A stretch of 64,000 nucleotides of DNA from Gemmatimonadales bacterium (GTDB taxonomy: Bacteria > Gemmatimonadota > Gemmatimonadetes > Gemmatimonadales > GWC2-71-9), in NCBI GenBank assembly GCA_965249575.1, contig OZ252244.1, positions 608,001 to 672,000 on the forward strand. Reading direction: 5' to 3'. This document shows positions 19,676 to 29,515 of the stretch, piece by piece. Position 1 is the stretch's first letter. Every line of letters begins with the position of its first letter. The notes under the pieces were generated by a model, which saw only the letters and a list, made by a program, of their open reading frames with translations, did no database searches and had not been told where the DNA came from. The translations under genes and the position numbers were made by a program.

Positions 19676-21982
19676 TCACCGTCCATCTCGATCCCGTTCA
19701 CTTCGTAGCTGGCGCACAAAGGCCTCATAGGACGAAACCTCGGGCGCCAACGTCACGAGCCTTTCGGCTTGTTGAAGAGCTGCCTCGAAGTCTCCGCGCT
19801 CCCGGTGAACGCTCGCCAGGCCAAGCAATAACTCCCGATCGAACGGGTGTCGGCGCACGGCCCGATCCAGCACGGCAACGGCTTCGCGCGGGCGGCCGGT
19901 CGAGTGAAGGGCGATCCCATACACATAGGCGAATCGCGCGTGGTCGGGCTCAAGTTCCGTCGCGCGCCGTAGCGCTGTCATGGCCTCATCAGTCCGCTTC
20001 CCACGCACGAGCAGGAGTCCCAGAGCGTGATGCGCGGCTGCATGATCGGGGCTCGCGGCAAGCGCCGCCTCGATAAAGGCTCTGCCCTCGGAGTCGCTGC
20101 CCTGGAGCCGCCTGAGATCTGCGAGGTTCACGTAGGCCGGAACGAATGTGGAATCGCGCTCGATCGCTGATAGGAATGAGGATTCGGCTTCGCCGAAGCG
20201 CCCACCGTAGAGATGGACCAACCCGATGTTGAGGTGGGCTTCCGGCCGATCTCGATTGACGAGCTCGGCCGCGACGTAACTCGCGAGTCCCTGCTCAAGC
20301 GCCGCCCCCTCCTGGGGCGACAGCTGCGACCGAGCCACCGGTGCAAGCACGCGCGCTGCTTCGTTTCGCACGGCGCGGATCGAGTCGGCCAGCAACCCGG
20401 CGACCAGGCGGTGACGGTCGTTCGGGTCCAGCCGCTCCACCGCACCAGCCGCGGCAAGGCGCACCAGGGGATTCGGGTCCCGGCTCGTTTCGGCGACGGT
20501 CCGGCGGTACGCCGCTCCGATATGCTGCCCAAGGAGGCCAATCCCCGTCGCCCGAACGATGCCTGGCTGCGTCGTGTCCGTCGCAAGCGTAATGAGGGGA
20601 CCTTTGGCTTTCGGATCGCCCTTCCTGGCGAGGTGAAAGGTCTCGGCGAAATGCAGTGGGCGGGCCGGCCCGTACCGCCTGGCCACCGCACTGGCGGCCC
20701 AGGCTGCGCCCCGGTCGGCGTGACACGCCGTGCACGGGTTGGGGACGTTGAGGCTCACGCTCAGGTCGGGGCGTGGAATTCGGAAGCTGTGATCCCTCCG
20801 AGCATCCACCCCCATATAGGTGCGTGCCGGCATGTGACACTCCACGCAGCGCGCACCTCGTGAATCCGTCTCGTGGAAATGGTGCCTCCGCGTATCGTAA
20901 ACCAGAGACTCGTGACAGACCCCGCAGAGCGCGTTCGTCGAGTCACGAACCTGCGTGCTGTGCGGATCGTGGCAGTCGCTGCACGTGACTCCCCGGGCGT
21001 ACATGCGGCTCTGAAGGAACGACCCGTAGACGTACACCTCGCCCTGAATCTGCCCGTCGGCGTAATAGAGGTCCTCCTCGAGCAGCGAGGGATGGTAACC
21101 GTTCAAGAAGGGGGCGCCGACGGCTGGCCGATCGACTAGCCTGCGCCGCCTCGAGTGACACGGTGCGCACGAATTCAGCTCCGATTCCGCACCGCGCGGT
21201 CCGGACCGCGTCGCCGTACGCTCCCCTTTCCGAAGCGTCCACCGCGGGCCTCCCGCGTTTCCAGGAGACACTGTCAGCCCCCTCAGTCCATCGGCCTCGG
21301 GCTCTTCCGCTCGGGCCCAGGCCACGTGCCGCGACCCCTGACCATGACACGCCTCGCACGAGACGTCGACGTCGGACCACGCGGTGGAGTAGCGGTCGGC
21401 TTCCCCGTCATAGTTCTTCTCGAGCCCCGTGGAGTGACACTCGGCACAGTTGGCATTCCAGTTCTGGTTGCGCGCCGTCCAGTGGACTGGATGATCGGCG
21501 TTGACGTCCTCGTCGGGATAGAGGTGGAACCAGCGTTGGCCACCCTGGGACTCTAGGCGAGCGTCCCAGGCCACACCGAGCGCCTGAAACCGCCCGCCGG
21601 GCAGCTCAAGGAGGTACTGCTGGAGCGGGCTCGCGCCGAACGTGTACGCGACGCGAAACTCGCCGACGGAGCCGCTGGAACCCGTCGTTCGCACGAAGAA
21701 ATCGCCTCTCTTCTTGTAGAAGGACGTCGACCTGCCGAAATACTCGAACTGGGTCCCCGCGAAGTCGCCCAGCACGGTCTCGTCGGAGGCGACCTGCATG
21801 GCCAGGTCGTGATGGGAGCCCTCCCACCTGTCGCTTTCGGCCGGATGGCATTCCGCGCAGACCACGCCGGTGACGTAGGACGGCGGCTTGCCCGACATGT
21901 CGCAACCAAGCGCCGTGGCAGCGAGCGCGGCGAACAGCGCTGGGCGGTGGGCGGTGGCGGTTGGCACGCCGGATACTAGCAC
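19676..21982 (-). CDS. Multiheme c-type cytochrome with HEAT and TPR repeats (lipoprotein)
   Basis: 8 CxxCH motifs, ALGC lipobox, HEAT-like segment and C-terminal TPRs. Confidence 0.9.
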   Translation of the reverse strand: MLVSGVPTATAHRPALFAALAATALGCDMSGKPPSYVTGVVCAECHPAESDRWEGSHHDLAMQVASDETVLGDFAGTQFEYFGRSTSFYKKRGDFFVRTTGSSGSVGEFRVAYTFGASPLQQYLLELPGGRFQALGVAWDARLESQGGQRWFHLYPDEDVNADHPVHWTARNQNWNANCAECHSTGLEKNYDGEADRYSTAWSDVDVSCEACHGQGSRHVAWARAEEPEADGLRGLTVSPGNAGGPRWTLRKGERTATRSGPRGAESELNSCAPCHSRRRRLVDRPAVGAPFLNGYHPSLLEEDLYYADGQIQGEVYVYGSFLQSRMYARGVTCSDCHDPHSTQVRDSTNALCGVCHESLVYDTRRHHFHETDSRGARCVECHMPARTYMGVDARRDHSFRIPRPDLSVSLNVPNPCTACHADRGAAWAASAVARRYGPARPLHFAETFHLARKGDPKAKGPLITLATDTTQPGIVRATGIGLLGQHIGAAYRRTVAETSRDPNPLVRLAAAGAVERLDPNDRHRLVAGLLADSIRAVRNEAARVLAPVARSQLSPQEGAALEQGLASYVAAELVNRDRPEAHLNIGLVHLYGGRFGEAESSFLSAIERDSTFVPAYVNLADLRRLQGSDSEGRAFIEAALAASPDHAAAHHALGLLLVRGKRTDEAMTALRRATELEPDHARFAYVYGIALHSTGRPREAVAVLDRAVRRHPFDRELLLGLASVHRERGDFEAALQQAERLVTLAPEVSSYEAFVRQLRSERDRDGR

Positions 21983-22517
21983 GCGGGAGCAGCGGGCGGC
22001 GGTGGGTTGGCCGTCAGCCTCTCCGCAGTGGCCAATCGTGGGGACGGCAATGGCCGCGAAGATCGACCCAGACGGTGGGATTGGAGTTAGTTCACATCCG
22101 TCTTAGAGCCCTGCGATACGCTGATCTCGGGCAGCTCCTGTCATGCCCGATCGCCAGCCTTGCTTTGGCCGTTCGCTCAACGTCACCAACCGTCGCCGTG
22201 ATCAGGAATGTGTACTCGCCAGGTGACGTAACGCGAGCGGTGGCTGGCTCAGCAATTTCATCGGAACAGCCCGCGTAGCTCACGACGAGGGACAACACGG
22301 CCGCGGCCGACAACGTCGAGTCAGCTCGTCTCCTCCGAGCCGGCACGGCGAGGGTGGCAAGCCCGAGTGCGAGCGCTCCGGAGGCCTGACCCGATGTCTC
22401 CCCACCCCCGTGGCCCCACCACCACCGTAGCCCAGACTGAGCCCGTCGCGGGCTCGAGTCCGACCCAGCTAAGTTGTCCCATCAGGCGATCCGTCCAACC
22501 CAAACACAGGTTCACCG

Positions 22518-23882
22518 ATGAGCCAGACCACGCATCAGGAGCCCTGGGAACGCCTCGAGGCTATCATCCGCGCGCAGCGAACGGAGGAGCTCGGCCCATT
22601 CCTGCATGAGTTGCCTCCAGGCGAGCAGGCCCGTACGCTCTCCCGGCTCACGGACGCCGACAGGGAAGCCCTCCTTCGGCTGATCGGTCCCCATGAATCC
22701 GCCGAGGTGCTCGAGCATCTCTCAGACACGCAGGCCGCCGAGATCATCGAGGAGCTGCCCGCCGACCAGGCAGCCGCGATCGTCGACGAGCTGCCGAGCG
22801 ACGAGCGGGTCGACGTGCTGGGCGAACTCGACACGGCCGATGCCGACGCTATCCTCCGGGAAATGGAGCCGGAAGAGGCCAACGAAACCCGGGAGCTCCT
22901 CCAGTTCGTACCGGACACCGCCGGTGGCCTGATGATCACCGAGTACCTGGCCTACCCTCGGACGTCAACCGTCAGCGGCGTCGTAGAAGACCTGCGTCGG
23001 TTTGGAGAGCGCTACTCGGACTACGATATCCAGTACGCGTACATCACCGACGAGACCAAGACGCTGGTCGGGGTGCTGCGCTTGAGGGACTTGCTGTTGT
23101 CGCCTGGCGACCGGCGGCTCGACGAGATCATGCTTCCCAACCCCTTGCGGCTCCGGACCGACGACTCGTTGGAAAAACTGGAAGTCCTGTTCGACGAGCA
23201 CGCGTTCTTTGGGATGCCGGTCGTCGCGGACGGCGGACAACTGGTCGGCGTGGTGCGCCGGGAAGCCGTGGAGGAGGCGCTGGGCGAGCAGGCGACGGAG
23301 ACCTATCTCAAGATGAGCGGCCTCTTCGGCGAGGAAGAGCTCCGCACCATGCCGATCTTCCGCCGCTCGTCACGACGACTTGCGTGGCTGTCCATCAACA
23401 TCGTGCTGAATGTGTTCGCCGCCAGCGTAATCGCTCTTTATCAGGATACCCTCACGGCGGTCATTGCCCTGGCCGTGTTTCTGCCCATCATCTCGGACAT
23501 GAGCGGATGCTCAGGCAATCAAGCGGTTGCGGTGAGCATTCGTGAGCTGACCCTGGGACTCGTCAAGCCGTATGAGTTCTTGCGGGTGGTAGTCAAAGAG
23601 GGCGCCGTTGGGATCATCAACGGCCTGGCGCTTGGCATCCTCCTCGGGCTCGTCGCGGTAGCCTGGAAAGGCAACTGGTTTCTCGGCCTCGTGGTCGGAG
23701 GCGCGCTCACGCTCAACACCGTGGTGTCGGTGTTCCTCGGCGGAGTCGTGCCGCTCGCACTCAAGCGACTCAACATGGATCCCGCCGTCGCCTCGGGACC
23801 AATCCTCACCACTGTGACCGACATGTGTGGGTTTTTCCTCGTGTTGAGCCTGGCGTCTGCGATGCTGCCGTTGATCGTGTGA
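22518..23882 (+). CDS. mgtE: Magnesium transporter
   Basis: Helical N-domain, TAGGLM CBS pair, GCSGNQA, DPAVASGPILTTVTD. Confidence 0.95.
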   Translation: MSQTTHQEPWERLEAIIRAQRTEELGPFLHELPPGEQARTLSRLTDADREALLRLIGPHESAEVLEHLSDTQAAEIIEELPADQAAAIVDELPSDERVDVLGELDTADADAILREMEPEEANETRELLQFVPDTAGGLMITEYLAYPRTSTVSGVVEDLRRFGERYSDYDIQYAYITDETKTLVGVLRLRDLLLSPGDRRLDEIMLPNPLRLRTDDSLEKLEVLFDEHAFFGMPVVADGGQLVGVVRREAVEEALGEQATETYLKMSGLFGEEELRTMPIFRRSSRRLAWLSINIVLNVFAASVIALYQDTLTAVIALAVFLPIISDMSGCSGNQAVAVSIRELTLGLVKPYEFLRVVVKEGAVGIINGLALGILLGLVAVAWKGNWFLGLVVGGALTLNTVVSVFLGGVVPLALKRLNMDPAVASGPILTTVTDMCGFFLVLSLASAMLPLIV

Positions 23883-23931
23883 TTGGTGAGTGGCGTTTCG
23901 AGGAGTGGCAAGCGGCGAATGACAGCCGAGG

Positions 23932-24147
23932 TCACTGCGCGGTGTTTGCGTCCTGGCGGGCGACGGCCTCCGCCCACGTTGGCGGTAGGTCTCTTCCATA
24001 CACCTGCCAGCGGGTGGACCTCGTCTCGCCAATGTCGGCGCGGATCGTAAGCATAGTTTCTTTGTGAACGCCTCCGAATGCGAACTCGCGGAGCGTGCCT
24101 TCGTCTTCCCATACCGACAGAGTCCAGAACCGTCGCTCTATAGGCAT
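23932..24147 (-). pseudogene. 5'-truncated DUF3291/ABM-like remnant
   Basis: FWTLSVWED...F...H..M motif with no N-terminal half. Confidence 0.5.
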
Positions 24148-24172
24148 GGGCGAGGAGCAGTGCGAGCGCCCT

Positions 24173-24433
24173 TCAGTCAGTGCGAGCTTTCGACAGCACC
24201 AGCACGGCTGCCTCTTTCGGCCAGTCGCCTTCGCTCGTTACGCTCTCCAACCACTGCGTTAACAACGACGGCGTCGCGAAGTGACCGAGCCGACCCAGGA
24301 CGTAGGCAGCATACCAACCCGCCCACTGATCGTCCCGTGCGCCGCGCAGCACGCTGGATTCGTATTCGTGATGAGCGTTCCCAGCATCGGCCAACGCAGC
24401 CCGCAACTGCTCTTGGGTGGGTACCGTAGCCAT
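24173..24433 (-). CDS. Hypothetical protein (AHHEYE...D..WAGWYAAY motif)
   Basis: AGGAG RBS, clean ORF downstream of VOC gene. Confidence 0.75.
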   Translation of the reverse strand: MATVPTQEQLRAALADAGNAHHEYESSVLRGARDDQWAGWYAAYVLGRLGHFATPSLLTQWLESVTSEGDWPKEAAVLVLSKARTD

Positions 24434-24480
24434 ACTCAGAACTCCTTCCGCGATTATCCCGACAGGTCGCGCCCGGATCG

Positions 24481-24885
24481 TTAGCTCCGAGCGGGCTGTG
24501 ATTGGTCGGCCACGATCGACTCACCGAATCCCACCATGTTCCCGCTGCGATCCACTATCCGAAAGTCACGGACGCCAAACGGGCGATCGGCCAATGGCAA
24601 GATGATCTCGGCGCCGCGTTCGACGCAGGCCGCGTAGTACGAGTCAACGCCCTGCAGTTGAAAGTAGACGTACGACGGGTGGGAGGGCGCGAACCGCCCA
24701 TCCGAGACGAGCTGGAGTTCCAGACCGTCGCGGTGCACTCCGACCCGGGCCGGAGGATCTCCCCACTGCCACGAGACCGCAAAACCGAGTTGCTGGATAT
24801 AGTACGCCACATCCCGGCCGAGATCACGAACCGCGAGTACGGGATGAACACTGCTGAACGTGACCGCTTCGTCGACAAGGGCCAT
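24481..24885 (-). CDS. VOC/glyoxalase family protein
   Basis: PVLAVRD...YYIQQLGF, DRPFGVRDFRIVDRSGN. Confidence 0.85.
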   Translation of the reverse strand: MALVDEAVTFSSVHPVLAVRDLGRDVAYYIQQLGFAVSWQWGDPPARVGVHRDGLELQLVSDGRFAPSHPSYVYFQLQGVDSYYAACVERGAEIILPLADRPFGVRDFRIVDRSGNMVGFGESIVADQSQPARS

Positions 24886-25017
24886 AGACGTTCTGGGTCT
24901 TTTTCCGTGTAGTCGGTGCAACGACTTGGGCTCCGCAACCTGACACTACGATCACCAACCAGAACCTACAACGCCGCCTATGGCGCGGCGACCGACCACA
25001 CTCGACCCCTCAGCTCG

Positions 25018-26040
25018 ATGGAAACGAGTGCCGCGACACGGAAACCCCGCACCCCGAACCTAAATGTTTTCGACCGGGACGACCTGACCAAGGTGCGCCT
25101 CGCGGATGATCGGGTGCTGGATATCGGCAAAGAGCTGGCGCCGTGGGACGCGGGAGACACTGGGCTCTTCTATTGCACCCGCGCGCTCTTCGAAGGACTC
25201 GATTGCGCACGGCGTTTGGGGGATGGGTCGCTCGCGGGCGCCATCCGGGCGTGCGCACAGGCCGGTGCCGTGCGCGCGGTGGACGTGACTGGCCTGGACT
25301 GGCTGGATGTCGATACGCCCGCCGCACACCAGGAAGCCACCCGGCGCCTCGAGCGCAGCCTGACGAAGGGCCGCGAGGACGGCTTCGTCTCGCAGTACGG
25401 CAATCGCCGCGTTTCCCTCCGCCTGTCCGCGCTGCTGGCCCGCACGGCGCTCACGCCCAACCAGCTCACCGGCGCGAGCTTCGCCCTCGCATTGCTCGGG
25501 GCGATCGCGCTGGCGGTGCCCAGTCACGGGTGGTGGCTCGTCGGAGGGATCGCCATCCAGTTCGCCTCGATCCTCGACGGCTGTGACGGCGAGATCGCGC
25601 GCCTCAAGTTGATCCACTCCCCGCGGGGCGGGTGGCTCGACACCATGCTGGACCGATATGCCGACGTCGCGCTTGGCGTCGCAGTGACGGTGTCCGCCGC
25701 ACGCACCAACCCGTCGGCGGTCCTCTGGCTTGGCGGCTTCCTCGCCGTCACGGGGTTCCTGCTAGCGAGCTACGTGACGAAGGAGTTCGAGCTGCGGTTT
25801 GGATATGCCTATCCCACCACCATGGTCAACCGCCTCAAACGCCGGGACCTCCGGATACTGACCGTGGCGGTGGGGGCGATCGTCGGGTTCCCTTACGTGG
25901 CGCTGATGGCGGTGGGCGCCCTGGCACACGGGGCGGTGCTGCACATTCTCGTGTCCGGGATACCAACCCGTGTCCCGCCGCAGGAGCTGACGGGCAGGGA
26001 CCGGCACGCGCAGGGTTCGGGCGCACGCGTCACGCGCTAG
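25018..26040 (+). pseudogene. N-terminally truncated bifunctional NTP-transferase / CDP-alcohol phosphotransferase (IPCT/DIPPS-like)
   Basis: DIGKEL...DTGLF...WLDVDTP transferase tail, TPNQLT, DGCDGEIAR..G..LD..LD; no N-terminal LAAG.G.R motif. Confidence 0.75.
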
Positions 26041-26160
26041 ACCGGAGGGCGATCACCCGCCTGCGATCGTCTGACGCGCCGCGCGGGAGCGACTGCCACT
26101 GGACGTGCTCAGCCCGGCGCCCACGCGAGCACGCGGCGCCTCGCGGCTGGTGGAATTGAA

Positions 26161-26203
26161 GCAGACGGGGCCCGCCGGCCTGCACCGGACGAGGCCCCGC
26201 CGC
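26161..26203 (-). terminator. GC-rich hairpin downstream of csp
   Basis: Arms cggggc / gccccg with inner ccgg pairing; weak U-tract. Confidence 0.3.
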
Positions 26204-26227
26204 ATGTCGCCTCCCGCGAAGCGAGTT

Positions 26228-26440
26228 CTAGGCGTCGAGTTTGGTGACGTTCTCGGCAGCCGGGCCCTTCTGGCCCTGAACGACGTCGAACTCCACTTGC
26301 TGGCCCTCGCGCAAGCTCTTGAAGCCTTCGCCCTGGATCGCGGAATGATGCACGAAGCAGTCTTTCTCGCCGTCCTCACGGGTGATGAAGCCGAAGCCCT
26401 TGCTGTCATTGAACCACTTCACGGTGCCCTTGGTACTCAT
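26228..26440 (-). CDS. cspA: Cold-shock protein
   Basis: [38 protein letters not shown]. Confidence 0.97.
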   Translation of the reverse strand: MSTKGTVKWFNDSKGFGFITREDGEKDCFVHHSAIQGEGFKSLREGQQVEFDVVQGQKGPAAENVTKLDA

Positions 26441-26593
26441 TTCCGTACTCCTTGGTGTCTGTGATGTTCGTCGGAGTCCGGACGTGCCGTACGTACCGAT
26501 CGCTCATCAGCTGTTCGCGGTGTTCGCCCCCGCGTGGGCTGCCGTCGAACGGTCCTGAGACCGTTGCGAGCGGCGCGAATCTGTAACGAAAAC

Positions 26594-26631
26594 GAAAAAG
26601 GGGATCTGCAGCGTTGCCAGATTCCCTTTTC
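26594..26631 (-). terminator. Terminator-like hairpin in csp 5' leader
   Basis: aaaaggggatctg / cagattccctttt inverted repeat; followed on - strand by T-rich run. Confidence 0.55.
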
Positions 26632-26669
26632 AGTGTTCTCCGGTATTCACAGCGCGCTACGTTGCGCGC

Positions 26670-26675
26670 ATTATA
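26670..26675 (-). promoter_or_regulatory. Candidate sigma-70 -10 box for csp
   Basis: Perfect TATAAT on - strand ~230 nt upstream of ATG in a GC-rich background; no good -35. Confidence 0.5.
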
Positions 26676-26733
26676 CCCCGCCCCAACGTAACAATCGGCT
26701 GGTCATTGCGAAAGAGGCAGGTACCTGACGACC

Positions 26734-27045
26734 ATGACCTATTGGGTCGTCATGGCCACGCCAGTCGAAGATCGGTTAGCGGACTTGGAGCACCGGCTCA
26801 AAGGGGACGATTTCTCCGATCTTCGGCCCTTTGGGAAGGCACTCACGCTCGGCCTCAAGGGCGCTCGCAGCCGGCCCGATGGGAAGGCCGTCTGGGAGGA
26901 GGAGGACGACTGCGCTCCCCCTTGGGCTCAGGAGCGCGAGGCCGTGCTGGACGAGCACTTCACCGATATCCAAGTGGACGCCGTCGGACCGGGCTATGGT
27001 TGGCGCGCCATATCCCACCTCCCGATGCTCTTTCCGGCGCTTTAA
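26734..27045 (+). CDS. Conserved hypothetical protein
   Basis: RPFG.AL...AR...AVWEEED.C.PP...ER.AVLD..F pattern recalled from other prokaryotes. Confidence 0.75.
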   Translation: MTYWVVMATPVEDRLADLEHRLKGDDFSDLRPFGKALTLGLKGARSRPDGKAVWEEEDDCAPPWAQEREAVLDEHFTDIQVDAVGPGYGWRAISHLPMLFPAL

Positions 27046-27577
27046 CCGACGGGAGGCTCACCCGACAGACCCCCTTCAGCCACCTCCCTGCCCGCACAAT
27101 GGCGGGCTTCGATATTCATTCACCGATTACTCTCCGCCGAGCTGCGCGCCGGCGACAGGCAGGTCGGCTATTCCGAATCGGGGGGGGTCGCCACCAACCC
27201 TCGCACCTCCACTTCCTGCCGGTCAGATATGCGGTCACGCCCGCGATCTAGACGTCACCGAGTACAACCGGTTGGACGCAGCCTCCTCCGCGGTGGGTCG
27301 TCACATCGAGCGTCGCGCTGTGCCCTGGCTGCCGTTCACGTTCTTCGGTACGCTTCCGTACGCTATCTCGTGGCGTGAAAGCGACGTTCTTCAGTGACTC
27401 CGCCTTCACATTTAGCCACTGAGCCCAGGCAGCCGACACCACGGTCCGGGTATGGAAAGCTGCCGGTTCTGCGTTCTCCTGTCCCTCCTGCCCGCGTTGC
27501 CCCTGGGGAAAGAGCCGGAGAGGGGCTCGCCACCGAACGCAGGGCTCAGTGCCTAGTGGTGGCCGCGAGTCGGGGGC

Positions 27578-27814
27578 CTAAAATCTTTCATACCACCCCA
27601 TAGGGCTAAACTTTGCCGTATCCGATGCGGCGGAGTAATGGCATGACGTACAGTCGACGCACTCCTGCCGCTGATCAGCGTTCGCCCCGATGAAATCCCT
27701 ATTCTGACAGATTTCGCATAGCCCATATGAAACGGGACCGAAGGTGCACTTCATCTCGCACCACTCAGCGTTGGTGCAGCCACTTTTGCTGTGACACTTT
27801 CGGCAGAGCCACAT
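27578..27814 (-). CDS. Cys-rich 78-aa miniprotein
   Basis: ATG 27814 with GGAGG/AAGGA upstream; 10 Cys including CRKCH, CEIC, CVDCTSCH. Confidence 0.6.
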   Translation of the reverse strand: MWLCRKCHSKSGCTNAEWCEMKCTFGPVSYGLCEICQNRDFIGANADQRQECVDCTSCHYSAASDTAKFSPMGWYERF

Positions 27815-27839
27815 CGTGTCCTTCGTCCCTCCGGTCAGG

Positions 27840-28877
27840 CTAGGGTAACAAGACCACCCTCCCCACTGGCTCGCTCCGTGTGAGCGCATCGATTCCCTTC
27901 TGGAACTCATCAAGCGGTAGGGTACGATCAACCACTGTCGTGACGGCTCCGCGGGAGACGAGCTCGACAGCCTGTTTGAGCTCCGCGAGTGTGTTCCCCA
28001 CGGCTCCCATGACACTTGCCTCAGTGATGACGAGCTGAATGGGATGGACGGTGTAACTGTCTTCCGAGTAGCCGATGAAGACCAGCCGGCCCCGCTTAGC
28101 GATCACCTTCGTACTCTCCTCCATCGTGGCCTTGGTAGCGACCAGCTCCATGACAACGTCCGCGCCGTGCCCCGCCGTGATATCGCGCACCCGCTCGGCA
28201 ACCGAATCGGCCGTTGCCTCGATCGCGTGAGCGGCTCCAAGAGACATCGCCTTCTCGAGTTTGGCCGGTGTCCGGCTCACGGCGATCACCTCAGCGCCGG
28301 GCGTGGCAGGCAAGTTGGACGATCCCAAGCCCCACCGCACCGATCCCGTATCCAGCACAACGTTCCCGGCTGAGACGCGGGCCAGGTTCATTGCGTGGAT
28401 CCCCGTCGTGACGCTACACCCTATCGGGGCCGCCGCCTCATCACTCAGGTGGTCTGGGAGCGGGATGCAGTTTCGGGCCGGGACCTCGAGCGCGCTGGCA
28501 AACCCGCCGTCCGAGATGAAGCCGTACTCTGCCACGAGCGCCCCACACAGGTTCTCATCACCCACGAGACAGTGCCGACACCGTCCGCAGCCAACGTAGT
28601 AATAGACGATCACCCGCTGCCCTTCCTCGAGCTCGGTCACACCGGCGCCTACCTGCGCCACGCGGCCGACCACTTCGTGCCCGAGCGTAACGGGCTGTCC
28701 ACCCAGGTCGAGGAGGCCGGACAAGAAATGCAGCTCCGTATGGCAGAGACCGGCTGCCTTGACCTGTACAACCACCTGGCCCGGTTCAGCAGTCGGAGGG
28801 GGAACTTCCTCTAACTGCAACGGCTGCTTCGGCCCATGGTAACGAACGGCGTGCATACCTGCAGGCGGCCCGGTCAC
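27840..28877 (-). CDS. Zinc-dependent alcohol dehydrogenase (MDR) with a locally frame-shifted segment
   Basis: GLCHTE, GHEVVG, CGRCRHC....ENLC; GIGAVG motif lies in another frame at ~28299-28352. Confidence 0.9.
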   Translation of the reverse strand: MTGPPAGMHAVRYHGPKQPLQLEEVPPPTAEPGQVVVQVKAAGLCHTELHFLSGLLDLGGQPVTLGHEVVGRVAQVGAGVTELEEGQRVIVYYYVGCGRCRHCLVGDENLCGALVAEYGFISDGGFASALEVPARNCIPLPDHLSDEAAAPIGCSVTTGIHAMNLARVSAGNVVLDTGSVRWGLGSSNLPATPGAEVIAVSRTPAKLEKAMSLGAAHAIEATADSVAERVRDITAGHGADVVMELVATKATMEESTKVIAKRGRLVFIGYSEDSYTVHPIQLVITEASVMGAVGNTLAELKQAVELVSRGAVTTVVDRTLPLDEFQKGIDALTRSEPVGRVVLLP

Positions 28878-28996
28878 GGCCGAACTGTAAAGTCGACGGT
28901 GTCGGCGGGCTCCACGATCCCGACGGTGACGCTCGGCGCCGCTTCACCACCACACGCGCAAACGGCGAGGACGACGCTCGAGATGCAACCTTTCAC
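28874..28996 (-). pseudogene. 40-aa lipoprotein-like minigene, probably internally deleted
   Basis: VKGCISSVVLAVCAC-GGEAAPSVTVGIVEPADTVDFTVRP; GTGA overlap with ADH start. Confidence 0.4.
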
Positions 28997-29120
28997 CGGA
29001 GCTCTCGCCTGCGCCAACCGATGGCTGCCTTCATCACGCGCGACGGCGAGGGCCGCATTGAGAAAGGCGGCTGATCATGCCGCCCCTTACCGCCCACTGG
29101 TTCGTCGTGACGAGGCAGGA

Positions 29121-29486
29121 TCACACGGAGAAGCTTATCCCACACCCGCAGTTCCCCGTCTCGTTAGGGTTCTGAAAGACGAATCGCGATTCCTGCATTG
29201 ACGAGATCCAATCGACGATCATCCCATTGATGTACTGTGCGCAGAACTCGTTGACGAACACACGGGTATTGTTGAGTTCGATGGTCGTGTCGCCGGAATC
29301 AGGACCTTCTGCGATCCCCACGTCGTACGTGAGACCGGAGCATCCCCCTACCACGACCCCCACCCTCAGGCCGGCGGTTTCGGGCAACCCACCGTTGATA
29401 ACATCGCGCACCCGCTTCGCCGCCTCGTCGGTGATGGTGAGGGTGAAATCGTTGTTCAGGACGTTGAGTTGAGACGAGTTACGCAT
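29121..29486 (-). CDS. A-type Fe-S carrier (IscA/SufA/ErpA family)
   Basis: LRVGVVVGGCSGLTY, FQNPNETGNCGCGISF. Confidence 0.95.
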   Translation of the reverse strand: MRNSSQLNVLNNDFTLTITDEAAKRVRDVINGGLPETAGLRVGVVVGGCSGLTYDVGIAEGPDSGDTTIELNNTRVFVNEFCAQYINGMIVDWISSMQESRFVFQNPNETGNCGCGISFSV

Positions 29487-29515
29487 CGTTGTATTCGTCA
29501 ACGCTGACGCCGCCG

